Under the pieces are notes generated by a model. That model was given only the letters and a program-made list of their open reading frames with translations. It made no database searches and was not told the origin of the DNA. A stretch of 57,405 nt of DNA, filler included, from an uncultured bacterium (GTDB taxonomy: Bacteria; Hinthialibacterota; Hinthialibacteria; Hinthialibacterales; Hinthialibacteraceae), in the NCBI GenBank assembly GCA_964449065.1. It is 2 parts of 2 records of this genome, joined end to end, with 100 filler letters (N's around TTAATTAATTAA, not from the genome) between each part and the next. Parts side by side here need not be neighbours in the genome. Positions count along the whole stretch, not along the records: positions 28,797 to 57,405 come from CAYVAZ010000019.1; 1 more part is not named here. The stretch is one strand, 5' to 3'. Within the stretch, counting starts at the first letter, position 1. Each line of letters begins with the position of its first letter. Below are positions 44,374-53,923 of this stretch, in pieces. Made by a program: the position numbers and the translations under genes.

Positions 44374-46380
44374 ATGCGTATGATCGTTATTCTCTGTCTA
44401 GGTTTCTCCGTATGCTCCACCGCGGTTTCTGCAAATTCTCCCGGGATGGATGCCCCGCATGGACATGGGTCACCCCTTCCGTGGAATAATACCGTGGGAC
44501 CTTGGACCGGCGGCTTCAATGCAACCGCCGCGGCCGCCGATTGGAACGGGGATGGTGCTGCCGATCTTATGGTGCATTACGCCGCGGGCGGCGGCGCCAA
44601 AAACACCCTATGGGGTACCTACCTCTACTTCAATACAGATAAGCCGCACCGCGCCGATGTTCCGGTCTTTCAAAAGCCCATACTTGTGAGCAAAAACGGC
44701 AAACCGCTGATGTGGGATTGGAACCAAGACGGCAAACCGGATTGCTTTATAGAGGATGCTATTTTCATCAACCAAGGGGATGGGACGTTCTCAAAAATCG
44801 CCGCGCCGCAACTTCCTTCCAATGCGGTATGCATAATCGATTGGAATCATGACGGCATCCCCGATGTTTTTTGTGAAGAAAAATTGCTAGAAAATACCAC
44901 CCCCCCCGAAAGCATCAGCCCGGAAGGTTCGCCCCCCTACACCACCGATGGGGTGTGGTTAGGCAGCGCAGACCGCCGCGCGGTTCGTTTCTATGTGGGA
45001 AGCCGTTCCAATCAATCCAGCATTGTTTGGAACGATGCCGGATTGCTGCAATCCAACGGATTGCCGATTGAAGCGTTTGGCAGCATACATCTCACGTATA
45101 ACGATTGGGACATGGACGGCGACCCCGATCTGATGATCGGCACCCAAACGCAGCTGCTCTACTGCCAAAACGTTGGCGGCACAACTCAACCGGTATTGGA
45201 TACACCCCAGCCGGTACAGATCGGCAGCCGCTTCGATTTGCCGGGATTGGTTATCCGCCCCACTGCATTTCAAGCCAAACCGGATGAAACGCCTATGCTG
45301 TTCATCGCGCAAGAAGACGGGAATGTTACACTCCTACCGTTTCGAGGGTTGGATGACCGGGGTGTTCCATCTTTCAGAAAGGAAAAACATCTTTGGCAAG
45401 AAGAGGCCCTGCTGGATGCAGGCTGTCTTGCCACTCTATCCATAGTGGATTGGGACGCGGACGGCGATCTGGATATCCTTTCCGGCAATTCGTATGGACA
45501 CGTTTGGCTCTTTGAAAATTCAGGCACAAGGGCGCAACCCCAATTCAGTTCCCGTGAATATATCCAAGCAGACAAGCAACCCATTGCAATCAAAGCCGGG
45601 CCGAACGGCTCAATCCAAGGTCCCGGCGAAGCCCACTTCGGCTACACCGCCCCGGTCGCGGTCGATTGGAATCAGGATGAATTCATGGACCTCATTTTAT
45701 CCGACGTGTGGGGGAACCATTCTTATTATTATGGCCATCCCTTCAACGATTCGCTGCTGTCTCCGGAACCGCTAAAGGTTGCCGGACGCGATCACTCGGC
45801 ATTTGTGCCCGGCTGGATGTGGAAAAAACCGCGATTCGGCGAACTGGTCACGCAATGGCGCTGCCAACCCGCCGTCGTCGATTGGAATATGGATGCGACC
45901 TATGACATCGTGACTTTGGATAGCCAAGGGTATTTGACATTTTTTTTAGCCTACAAAACCTATCCCACACCGTTTTTGTATGAACCGTACCGCGCATTCT
46001 TGTATGAGAACGGCGAGCCTATTCGTATCACAGACGGCAGGGAAGGAAAATCCGGCAGAGCCCGCATCGTCTTTGCCGATTGGGACGGCGACAAAGACCT
46101 CGATCTCATCCGCGGCTGCACCACCGCTGGAGGCCACATCACCCCCAACGGCCAAAACGATGAACGCGTCGCGGTGTGGTATGAAAACACCAACGACGAT
46201 CTGCACTTTGTATACCGCGGCAACCTGATTGGCTTGAAGGATGTTTCCTTCGCCGGCCACGCAACATCCCCTGCGATTGTCGACTGGGATCATGATGGAA
46301 AAATGGATTTGCTGTTGGGAACAGAAGACGGCCTCATTTACTATTTCAACCGCAACTTTATTGCTTCGACCTTTAAGTAA
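44374..46380 (+). CDS. Secreted FG-GAP/VCBS repeat (beta-propeller) protein
   Basis: Signal peptide; repeated DWxxDGxxD motifs throughout. Confidence 0.88.
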   Translation: MRMIVILCLGFSVCSTAVSANSPGMDAPHGHGSPLPWNNTVGPWTGGFNATAAAADWNGDGAADLMVHYAAGGGAKNTLWGTYLYFNTDKPHRADVPVFQKPILVSKNGKPLMWDWNQDGKPDCFIEDAIFINQGDGTFSKIAAPQLPSNAVCIIDWNHDGIPDVFCEEKLLENTTPPESISPEGSPPYTTDGVWLGSADRRAVRFYVGSRSNQSSIVWNDAGLLQSNGLPIEAFGSIHLTYNDWDMDGDPDLMIGTQTQLLYCQNVGGTTQPVLDTPQPVQIGSRFDLPGLVIRPTAFQAKPDETPMLFIAQEDGNVTLLPFRGLDDRGVPSFRKEKHLWQEEALLDAGCLATLSIVDWDADGDLDILSGNSYGHVWLFENSGTRAQPQFSSREYIQADKQPIAIKAGPNGSIQGPGEAHFGYTAPVAVDWNQDEFMDLILSDVWGNHSYYYGHPFNDSLLSPEPLKVAGRDHSAFVPGWMWKKPRFGELVTQWRCQPAVVDWNMDATYDIVTLDSQGYLTFFLAYKTYPTPFLYEPYRAFLYENGEPIRITDGREGKSGRARIVFADWDGDKDLDLIRGCTTAGGHITPNGQNDERVAVWYENTNDDLHFVYRGNLIGLKDVSFAGHATSPAIVDWDHDGKMDLLLGTEDGLIYYFNRNFIASTFK

Positions 46381-46985
46381 TATCATTTTCAATTAGGAAT
46401 GTTCATTAAGCGCGGCGGAAAGCCGCAACGAAAGAAGGACGCGGCACCTTTCTTCCCTGAGAATCCTAACCAACACCGGTATAAAAACGGCAGCACCGTT
46501 TGCTTGTTCCTTCGCCGCACCGCCCTCAACAGATATCAAAGCATCGCATTGCAGTTATTGATGGCTGTCCCGCAGATGTAACGAGCCGTAGCCATTGGGC
46601 CAAAAGACAGCCGCGATTTTGTAAACCAACTCGGCGTTAAAGCCTTTATAGCGCGCGGTAGAAATAAAGTTCGATTCCGCCAAGTTTTGCAGCGTAAAGG
46701 CACGGCTGCATTGTTCGGCGAGATGTTTTAGGTATTGCACACGAACAGAACCAGGCAAAGCTTTCACCTCCTTTGCTGTGGACCGGGTATATTTTTCCAC
46801 ACAATATGACTCTTGGGGGATACGCGTTCACCCGAAACCCGCATATCACACCGTGAAGATGAATGCGCGCACACCGAATGCTTTTGAGGAAAATAATGAC
46901 CGCAAAGGGTATGCCAATTCGTATACCAATCGCAAATAGAAACACCGTGCAACAAGAAATTCAAACCATGTGCAGGCAAGATGAC

Positions 46986-47213
46986 TACTACTCTATCAAC
47001 AATGAAATGATGGTAGGTGCATACCCCCCTTGTTAAGGGGGGCAGGGGGGATCGAAGCACGCTTCCAACGACGCAAAATCCCCCGGAGCCTGCGGCTCCA
47101 CCCCCTTATGCAAGGGGGTTGTGGCACTGCGCTTCGCTTGTGAATAACTGATCCCATTCATTTCATGTGGATGGCTAAGTTATCACCCATCATGTAAGCC
47201 TTGATGAACTACT
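46986..47213 (+). mobile_element. Putative MITE family B
   Basis: Reverse-complement homolog of 51291-51528 over nearly its whole length; right end ttgatgaactact. Confidence 0.75.
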
Positions 47214-47299
47214 GCACGACAACGATTCTTAAGCTGGTTGTGGTGCAGGCATCCCGCCTGCGAAAGCCGTTGTCTCAGAAATCCAAATTGCAAATGGTA

Positions 47300-47710
47300 T
47301 TATGGGGATTGGGACGGTGGAGGCGGGACGCTTCGGGAAAAGAGTTGGCTGGTTGCGGATGAAAACAACACGAATAATGAATAAAACGCGATGATGGTGC
47401 CAATGGGAAAATGGAAGAAGTTAAAAATGGAGACAATCACAATCAGGATTCGGCCCCAGTTTTCATAGCGCAGCAAGCCGATGCCGCCGATGATGCCGGG
47501 CAGGGAACAGATCAAAATAACAAAGCCGATCATACTGCCGGCCACCGCCAGAATCGGAACAGCGGTCAGGGCTTCGGAGGGATTGGCCGATATACCGACA
47601 ATGGCGGCCGCTCCACCGAAAATCATAAACAGGAGCAATACACTAAGCAATCCCAGCACACCAAACGCGATGTGAATCACCGCCACGATTTTTACATGGT
47701 TATCCATCAA
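47300..47710 (-). CDS. Hypothetical small membrane protein (3-4 TM)
   Basis: Highly hydrophobic; PGIIGGIGLL...WGRIL...FPIGT; GGGAGGG RBS. Confidence 0.8.
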   Translation of the reverse strand: MMDNHVKIVAVIHIAFGVLGLLSVLLLFMIFGGAAAIVGISANPSEALTAVPILAVAGSMIGFVILICSLPGIIGGIGLLRYENWGRILIVIVSIFNFFHFPIGTIIAFYSLFVLFSSATSQLFSRSVPPPPSQSP

Positions 47711-47895
47711 TCCCTCCCTGTTTTTTGATAGTTCATTGCATAGCTATACGCAGGGATGAGAATCCTATTTCAAAAAACTGTTCGATACGGTTATAGTGAT
47801 CGTCAAAAATTCGCTGGATTGAAACAAACCGTGCTTCCGGCTCGGCGGGAGCCCCTCCCCAAGCGAATATACTCTTGGCAACGGCTTGACATTTA

Positions 47896-48249
47896 TTACA
47901 TGGGTTCCTGTTCAAAGCCTTTGAAAACAACCGCGATTTTACGTTCTCCCGCGCCGCCGTCGATGATGCGGCAGACTTTGCCTTGATAGATAACCGGGAA
48001 CATATCTTCTTCTTGTTCCCACACTTTTTTGGTTTCCAAATCCATAAACAACGCGATGCGGATATCGGAATCCATGTGGATATCGGGATTGTCGGACAGA
48101 AAAGCCATCCCGCCGACCAAGACGGGGCCGATGTCTACGGTTTCGGCTTCATACCAATTGCCTTCGTTCAACGATGATCCCGCATCCAAACTGTAAATAA
48201 ATTTAATGGATACATTTTCCCGTTCAAATACTCTGCGTTCTTCCGCCAT
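47896..48249 (-). CDS. PilZ-domain-like protein
   Basis: ERRVFER (RxxxR), TVDIG...GGMAF, GKVCRI...IAVVF; GGAGG RBS. Confidence 0.7.
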   Translation of the reverse strand: MAEERRVFERENVSIKFIYSLDAGSSLNEGNWYEAETVDIGPVLVGGMAFLSDNPDIHMDSDIRIALFMDLETKKVWEQEEDMFPVIYQGKVCRIIDGGAGERKIAVVFKGFEQEPM

Positions 48250-48327
48250 TACCCCCTCCTGTGTTGTCTGTTAGCCTTTTTGGTTACCAACATTGAATTG
48301 AGACTCTGCCTGAATCTTACGGGTATT

Positions 48328-49404
48328 TTACTGCAAAGCGGGCAAATAATCCATTGGATCGTATACGGTGATGGCATCCCGCAGTTGCAGCTGCAATTGG
48401 GCGCCTTCTTTTGAATCGGTATTGCCGGTATTGCCCGCAATCGCAATTTGTTCACCGCGTTTTACTTCTTGGTCTTTCTTGACAATGACTTCTTGATTGT
48501 GGAAATACAGGGAGCGAAGACGCTTGTCATTGATATTGCCGTGATACACAATCACATAATTACCATATTCGTCACCCAATCCGGATTGATCATTGGTTTC
48601 GGTTCCCACATATTCCACCACGCCATCAGCAATCGAATGAACAGGGGTGCCCGGTTTTGCCCCTAAGACCAATCCCATATCCAACTTGGATTCATCGAAC
48701 TCTTTGACGATGGTGAAGTTGTCTTTAATCGGCCATTGGAACTTGAGGTCTTCGATCTTTTTAATTGCGCGGGGAAATTCTTGTTCTACTTCCTGTACCG
48801 CTTCTTTTTTCGGAGCTTGAGTTGGTTCCGGTGTGGGTTTGACCTCGATCTTTACTTGTTCTTCTGGTTTCGGTGTGGGGATGGGTTTTGCCACGGCAAT
48901 TGTGACCGTGGGTATCTTGATATCCTGTACCTCTTTAGCGCGGGGGATCCACAGTTTGTCTCCGGCTTTGAGTTCATTGGGGTCGTAGAGATTGTTAACC
49001 TGCTGCAGTTCGGCCATGGTAATATCGTACGCTTCGGCAATGTGTGAGAGGGTTTCTCCTTTATCGACGGGATGGAAAAGGCCTTCCGGCTTTTGCACGG
49101 AAACGGATTCGGTATCCTGCGAAACCGCCACCACTTTGGGTGCTTCGGCGCCGGGAATAAACAAGCGGGTGTTTTTGGGCAGCGTGCCGATTTCGGTCAC
49201 GTTATTCACGCGGCGAATGAGAGGCACGGACACATCATACGTCCGGGCGATGGCGCCCAGGGTTTCTCCCTCGGTGGTGATATGCAGTGTCCCATCCATC
49301 ACAGGGATATCGGCGTATTTGTTTTGCGGCGTTAAAAAACAGGATGTGAGAATAACGGAAAGACATAATGCGGCCATTCCAGATAACGCGGTGTGAATCT
49401 TCAT
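48328..49404 (-). CDS. LysM-LysM-M23 lipoprotein (NlpD-like, probably catalytically inactive)
   Basis: LTSC lipobox, two GETL..IA..Y LysM repeats, Pro-rich linker, FQWP...M23 fold with DMGLVL and QLQ in place of HxxxD and HxH. Confidence 0.88.
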   Translation of the reverse strand: MKIHTALSGMAALCLSVILTSCFLTPQNKYADIPVMDGTLHITTEGETLGAIARTYDVSVPLIRRVNNVTEIGTLPKNTRLFIPGAEAPKVVAVSQDTESVSVQKPEGLFHPVDKGETLSHIAEAYDITMAELQQVNNLYDPNELKAGDKLWIPRAKEVQDIKIPTVTIAVAKPIPTPKPEEQVKIEVKPTPEPTQAPKKEAVQEVEQEFPRAIKKIEDLKFQWPIKDNFTIVKEFDESKLDMGLVLGAKPGTPVHSIADGVVEYVGTETNDQSGLGDEYGNYVIVYHGNINDKRLRSLYFHNQEVIVKKDQEVKRGEQIAIAGNTGNTDSKEGAQLQLQLRDAITVYDPMDYLPALQ

Positions 49405-49511
49405 GTTGTACTCCTTTTAAACCCTCAACGGAATGCTCAAATTGTAGCCATAAATTACTATTGGTATAATTATCTATTGTATCACATTTTTTCTTCTTGA
49501 CACGATTGAAA

Positions 49512-50288
49512 TTATCTATCCGCCGGGCGCACCTCTTGGATGTAGCGGTAATATTCCCGGTAGCGTAATTTTGACGCCGCGGCTTCATCCGCGATGACGG
49601 TGGTTTTGGGGTGCATCTGCAGGGCGCTGGCGGTAACCGATGCCGTTACTGGGCCTTCAACCGCCTGCGCTAAAATCTCCGCCTTTTTCTCTCCGCTGCA
49701 CAGCAGGAGGCAGAATTTGGCGTCTAGGATGGTGCCGACACCCATCGTTATGGCAAATTTAGGAACTTCATCCTCACTGTCAAAAAAGCGGGCATTGTCT
49801 TTGATGGTCTCCTGCATTAATGTTTTCAGGCGTGTGCGTGACGCGAGAGAAGACCCCGGCTCGTTAAAGCCGATATGCCCATCGCCGCCAAGGCCCAATA
49901 TCTGCAAATCGATGCCGCCATGATCGCGGATGCGGTTTTCGTATTCCTTGCAGAAGCTGCCCACCGTATCGGTAGTGCCGTCCGGCAAATGGCGCTGCGT
50001 TTCCGGTATGTTGATGTGATCAAACAAATATTCGTTCATAAAGTAATGATACGATTGAGGGTGGGTGGGGGTTAGGCCGTAATATTCATCCAAATTGAAG
50101 GTGGTGACTTTCGAGAAATCCAACCCATCTTCCACATGCATTCGAATCAATTCTTTGTACAATCCAAGGGGGGTGCTTCCGGTGGCGAGGCCCAACACGC
50201 AGTGCGGTTTGATTTCGATGAGTTCTTGTATGATCGTTGCGGCCAGTTTGCTGACCGATTCGTAATTGCTTTGAATGATCACTTCCAT
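49512..50288 (-). CDS. nagB: Glucosamine-6-phosphate deaminase
   Basis: LGLATGSTP, FNLDEY, DGHIGFNEPGS. Confidence 0.97.
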   Translation of the reverse strand: MEVIIQSNYESVSKLAATIIQELIEIKPHCVLGLATGSTPLGLYKELIRMHVEDGLDFSKVTTFNLDEYYGLTPTHPQSYHYFMNEYLFDHINIPETQRHLPDGTTDTVGSFCKEYENRIRDHGGIDLQILGLGGDGHIGFNEPGSSLASRTRLKTLMQETIKDNARFFDSEDEVPKFAITMGVGTILDAKFCLLLCSGEKKAEILAQAVEGPVTASVTASALQMHPKTTVIADEAAASKLRYREYYRYIQEVRPADR

Positions 50289-50465
50289 ACGGGGCGAGGT
50301 CCTTTCTGAATCCCAACGCGTTATCGTTTGATTTTCCCCCGTATGATAAACAGCGCGTATGATTTTGAAAGGTGTTATCTTACCAAATGCGATAAACTTA
50401 TGGATTCCGGGCTAAAAAGAGATTGTTCCAGAAAAGCCATTGTGTTTTCAGAGTTGACGCCTTAA

Positions 50466-51097
50466 CTCACCTTACGCATTCGTTATAAAATGCACGCTAT
50501 TCTCCTCATTGTTCGCTGTATCTATCGCCCTCATCTCTTATCTTCTCCCAAAGAGATACTCTCAGTACACAACTGGGGAGCATCGGCTTCCAGCCGGTGC
50601 GCCAATTCGTCCAACCCAATGTAAATATACTTAAAAGAAGTTGTCTAAACAATGTTTTTTAGGAGGGCGAGGCTCCTGCCGAGCCGGAAGCACGCTTTTC
50701 TTCCCTGATAATCCAAAATAACATCTGTATAAAGCCCGATGAACTGAAAATTCCCGTGTTGTTATTTGCGTGAATTGGCGTGTATTCGCGGTTAAAAAAA
50801 CATGAAACATTACAGATTTAAAATTTTTTGTGTACGGAGAGTAGACCAAAGGGAGAAGACGACAGACCTTGCGTTTGACTGATACCGGGTTGCAAAAAGA
50901 AAATGTGTTATTTCATTTTTTATTTTGTAGGGCTAACCCCCAGTGGTTAACCCACAGCAGGGCAGCCACTGGGGCAGCCCGTACAGCCGTATGGCCATTT
51001 ATCAATACCATTTTCACTGCAACTTGGTATTGGAATAATTGTCCCATAACAAAAACCATTTTCAAGCAATGGTCAATCATTATTTGCGTAACATCAG
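50466..51097 (-). mobile_element. Composite: family-A MITE interrupted by family-D (50557-50843) and family-C (50882-51030) elements, each holding REP-like hairpins
   Basis: Outer ends ctcaccttacgca / tgcgtaacatcag; inner TIRs tactctcagtacacaa / ttgtgtacggagagta and ataccgggttgca / tgcaacttggtat. Confidence 0.7.
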
Positions 51098-51290
51098 TCC
51101 GCGAGTCAATAACATCGGGGTTCGGGTGGGGTTGATGCCTTGGATAGAAAATACACCTCCCATCAATCATTCTTTTTTTAAATGAGTAGAAGTTTCATAA
51201 TAGGTCAGCCGCTTGAAGAGAAATTCCCCTTCCAAAGGTGGTGGGAGGGGTTAGGGGAGGGTTTGAAGCATTGAGCGTTTAACCCCCACC

Positions 51291-51528
51291 TAGTAGTTCA
51301 TCAAGGCTGACATGATGGGTGAATGCTTACCCATCCACATGAAATGAGTGGGATCAGTCATTCACAAGCGAAGCGCAGTGCCACAACCCCCTTGCATAAG
51401 GGGGTGGAGCCGTAGGCTCCGGGGGATTTCGCGTAGTTGGAAGCGTGCTTCGATCCCCCCTTACCCCCCTTAATCAAGGGGGGCAACAAAGGCGAGGCTA
51501 CCATCAATTCATGTGTGACAATGTACTA
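51291..51528 (-). mobile_element. Putative MITE family B inserted at a CTAG within a REP-like hairpin
   Basis: CTAG at both junctions; removal restores aacccccacctagcctccccca...gggggagg. Confidence 0.75.
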
Positions 51529-51697
51529 GCCTCCCCCATTGCATTGGGGGAGGAATGAGGAAATCTATTCGATTTTTTGAAAATGCACTTCATATCGCTG
51601 ACCTGTTACGAAGTTTCCTTGCCGGAAAACCGAATTGCATTTGCTATCAGTCCCCACCGCATTGCCTAAACCACCGTTCCCCGTTAGGATACCGTAA

Positions 51698-51777
51698 GAC
51701 AAGTGATAAGTGACGAGTGACGAGTGACGAGAATCTTGCTTTTCATTTGACACCAAACACCAAATCCCGAACACCTA
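51698..51777. repeat. Short heptamer tandem repeats
   Basis: Five GACGAGT-like units (51698-51732) and four ACACCAA-like units (51750-51777). Confidence 0.6.
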
Positions 51778-51787
51778 GAGTAGTTGA

Positions 51788-53923
51788 ATGTCGCGCCAGT
51801 GGAAATCCCGTCCTTTTCATGAACCGGTTGTGCAAGAGTTGGTCACCGCCTTGGGGATATCCCCGCTGATGGGGCGTCTGCTTGCCATTCGCGGTATCAC
51901 CACCGTTGAGGGCGCGCGCACCTTTATGCACCCGCGTGAGCAGCCCTTGCACGACCCGTTTTTGTTTAATGAGATGAAGCCTGCCGTCGAACGCATTATT
52001 GAAGCCGCTAAAAAAGGCGAACGCGTGCTGGTACACGGCGATTACGACGCCGACGGCGTAACCTCGACCTGTGTGCTGATTGAATGCTTGTGGGAACTGG
52101 GCCTGGAAGCCAACTACTTTCTGCCCGACCGCCTCAAAGCGGGCTACGGCATGAATATCCAAACCGTGGAAAACGCCGCCAAAGAATATGAATTGATGAT
52201 CACCGTCGATTGCGGCACCACCTGCGTAAACGAAACCGCCCGCGCCAACGAACTGGGCATGGATGTCATCATCACTGACCACCATGACGCCGGGCCGGAG
52301 CGCCCCGATGCAATCGCGCTGATCAATCCCGTCGCGCCGGGCGAAGTGTATCCCAATAAATATCTATCCGGAGCCGGGGTGGCCTGGAAGCTCGCGCAGG
52401 CGTTGCGGCAACATACCGATAGCATGACCGACCCGCTGGAGGGCATCGAAACCGCCGCGCTGGGCTTGGTCGCAGATGTCATGCCGCTAATCGGAGAAAA
52501 CCGCACCATCGTTCTGAAAGCATTGGAACGGATAGAGTATTGTTCACGACCGGGAATTCTGGCGCTGCTGGAAGCAGCCAAACTGCGGCCGAAGGGGCTT
52601 AGCACCCGTGATATCGGCTTTAAACTCGGCCCGCGCCTCAATGCCGCCAGCCGCATGGATCACCCCGATTCGGCGTTGAAACTGCTGCTGTCCGATGACG
52701 AAGCCGAAGCGCTGGAATTGGCGAAATACCTCAACACTCTTAACGCCAAACGCCAAAACGTGGTCAAGAGCTTGTTTGAAGAAGTCTGCCAAAAAGTCGA
52801 AGCGGACGGCCTGCACAACCGCTCACAAAAACTGCTGGTGGTCTCCGGCAAAGACTGGCAGCGCGGGGTCATCGGATTGTTGGCGCAAAAGGTGATGGAA
52901 CGCTTCGGCAAACCCGTGTTTCTCTTTTCGGTTGAAGAAGACGGTTTGGCGCATGGTTCGGCCCGCGCGTTTGGAAATGCCAGTTTGATTCCACTGATGA
53001 ATCATGTCCGCGCTGAAGCGGTGGATTGCGGCGGGCACCAACACGCCGGCGGCATGAAAGCCGAACCGCATAAGTTGGAAGCCATCGAAACCATGCTGTA
53101 TGAAGCCGCCGAACAAAATTGGAACGGCATTGAGCCTGAACCCATTTGGATCGACGCGCACGTTCCCCTCGAACGCGTGGATATGGATTTCATCCGTGAA
53201 ATTCAGATGCTGGAACCGTACGGCAACGGGAATGAAGACCCCGTCTTTTACGCCAAAGCGGCCATCAACGGGTATGGAGCACGGATCGTTGGCAACAACC
53301 ATTTGCGTTTAGCGCTGGATCACAAACGCGGGCAGATCAACGCCATCGGGTTCGGCCAGGGCAACAAATTGGATTTGTTGGGCTGCGGCCATGTGGAAAT
53401 CGCTTATCAGCCCGGTATCAATTCCTATCAGGGCGTCAATGAGATTCAAATCAAGCTGGTGGATGTAAGGCCATATATCCCAACCCCGGCGGAAATTAAA
53501 CCGCAGCCCAAACCGCAAGCCGCACTACAAGCCAAACCGCAGGCCCCTGCTTCCAAGCCAAAACCGCCGGCGCCGCAAGTTACCGCGTTTGGATACAACC
53601 GTGCCGCGCTGCTTAAGATGCACAATATCCTCAAAGAGCATTTTGATGAGATGCCGCGTATGCCGCGCAAAGGGCTCTATTTATTTATCCGTGCCAAGCA
53701 GCAGAAGAGCGGCGAGGTGGAATTCTATAAATCCATCACCGAAGAACACCTTGATCACACGCTGCAAATCTTTTCGGAAATCGGTTTGGTTACAATCGAC
53801 AACGGTATGGTACGGTGGAACACTGTTTCGCAAAAAAAGCAGTTGACCGATTCACCAACCTTTTGCCGCTTGCAGGCTGAAATTTCAAATACCGAAACCG
53901 CAACCACCGGGGCCGCATCGTGA
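51788..53923 (+). CDS. recJ: Single-stranded-DNA exonuclease RecJ with C-terminal extension
   Basis: GDYDADG, TVDCG, TDHH, GPRLNAASR, GSAR, GGHQHAGG, LEPYGNGN. Confidence 0.95.
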   Translation: MSRQWKSRPFHEPVVQELVTALGISPLMGRLLAIRGITTVEGARTFMHPREQPLHDPFLFNEMKPAVERIIEAAKKGERVLVHGDYDADGVTSTCVLIECLWELGLEANYFLPDRLKAGYGMNIQTVENAAKEYELMITVDCGTTCVNETARANELGMDVIITDHHDAGPERPDAIALINPVAPGEVYPNKYLSGAGVAWKLAQALRQHTDSMTDPLEGIETAALGLVADVMPLIGENRTIVLKALERIEYCSRPGILALLEAAKLRPKGLSTRDIGFKLGPRLNAASRMDHPDSALKLLLSDDEAEALELAKYLNTLNAKRQNVVKSLFEEVCQKVEADGLHNRSQKLLVVSGKDWQRGVIGLLAQKVMERFGKPVFLFSVEEDGLAHGSARAFGNASLIPLMNHVRAEAVDCGGHQHAGGMKAEPHKLEAIETMLYEAAEQNWNGIEPEPIWIDAHVPLERVDMDFIREIQMLEPYGNGNEDPVFYAKAAINGYGARIVGNNHLRLALDHKRGQINAIGFGQGNKLDLLGCGHVEIAYQPGINSYQGVNEIQIKLVDVRPYIPTPAEIKPQPKPQAALQAKPQAPASKPKPPAPQVTAFGYNRAALLKMHNILKEHFDEMPRMPRKGLYLFIRAKQQKSGEVEFYKSITEEHLDHTLQIFSEIGLVTIDNGMVRWNTVSQKKQLTDSPTFCRLQAEISNTETATTGAAS

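Noticed and set aside
44374..46380. FG-GAP protein as a third WxLY-tail protein
   Set aside because: It ends FIASTFK, without the motif
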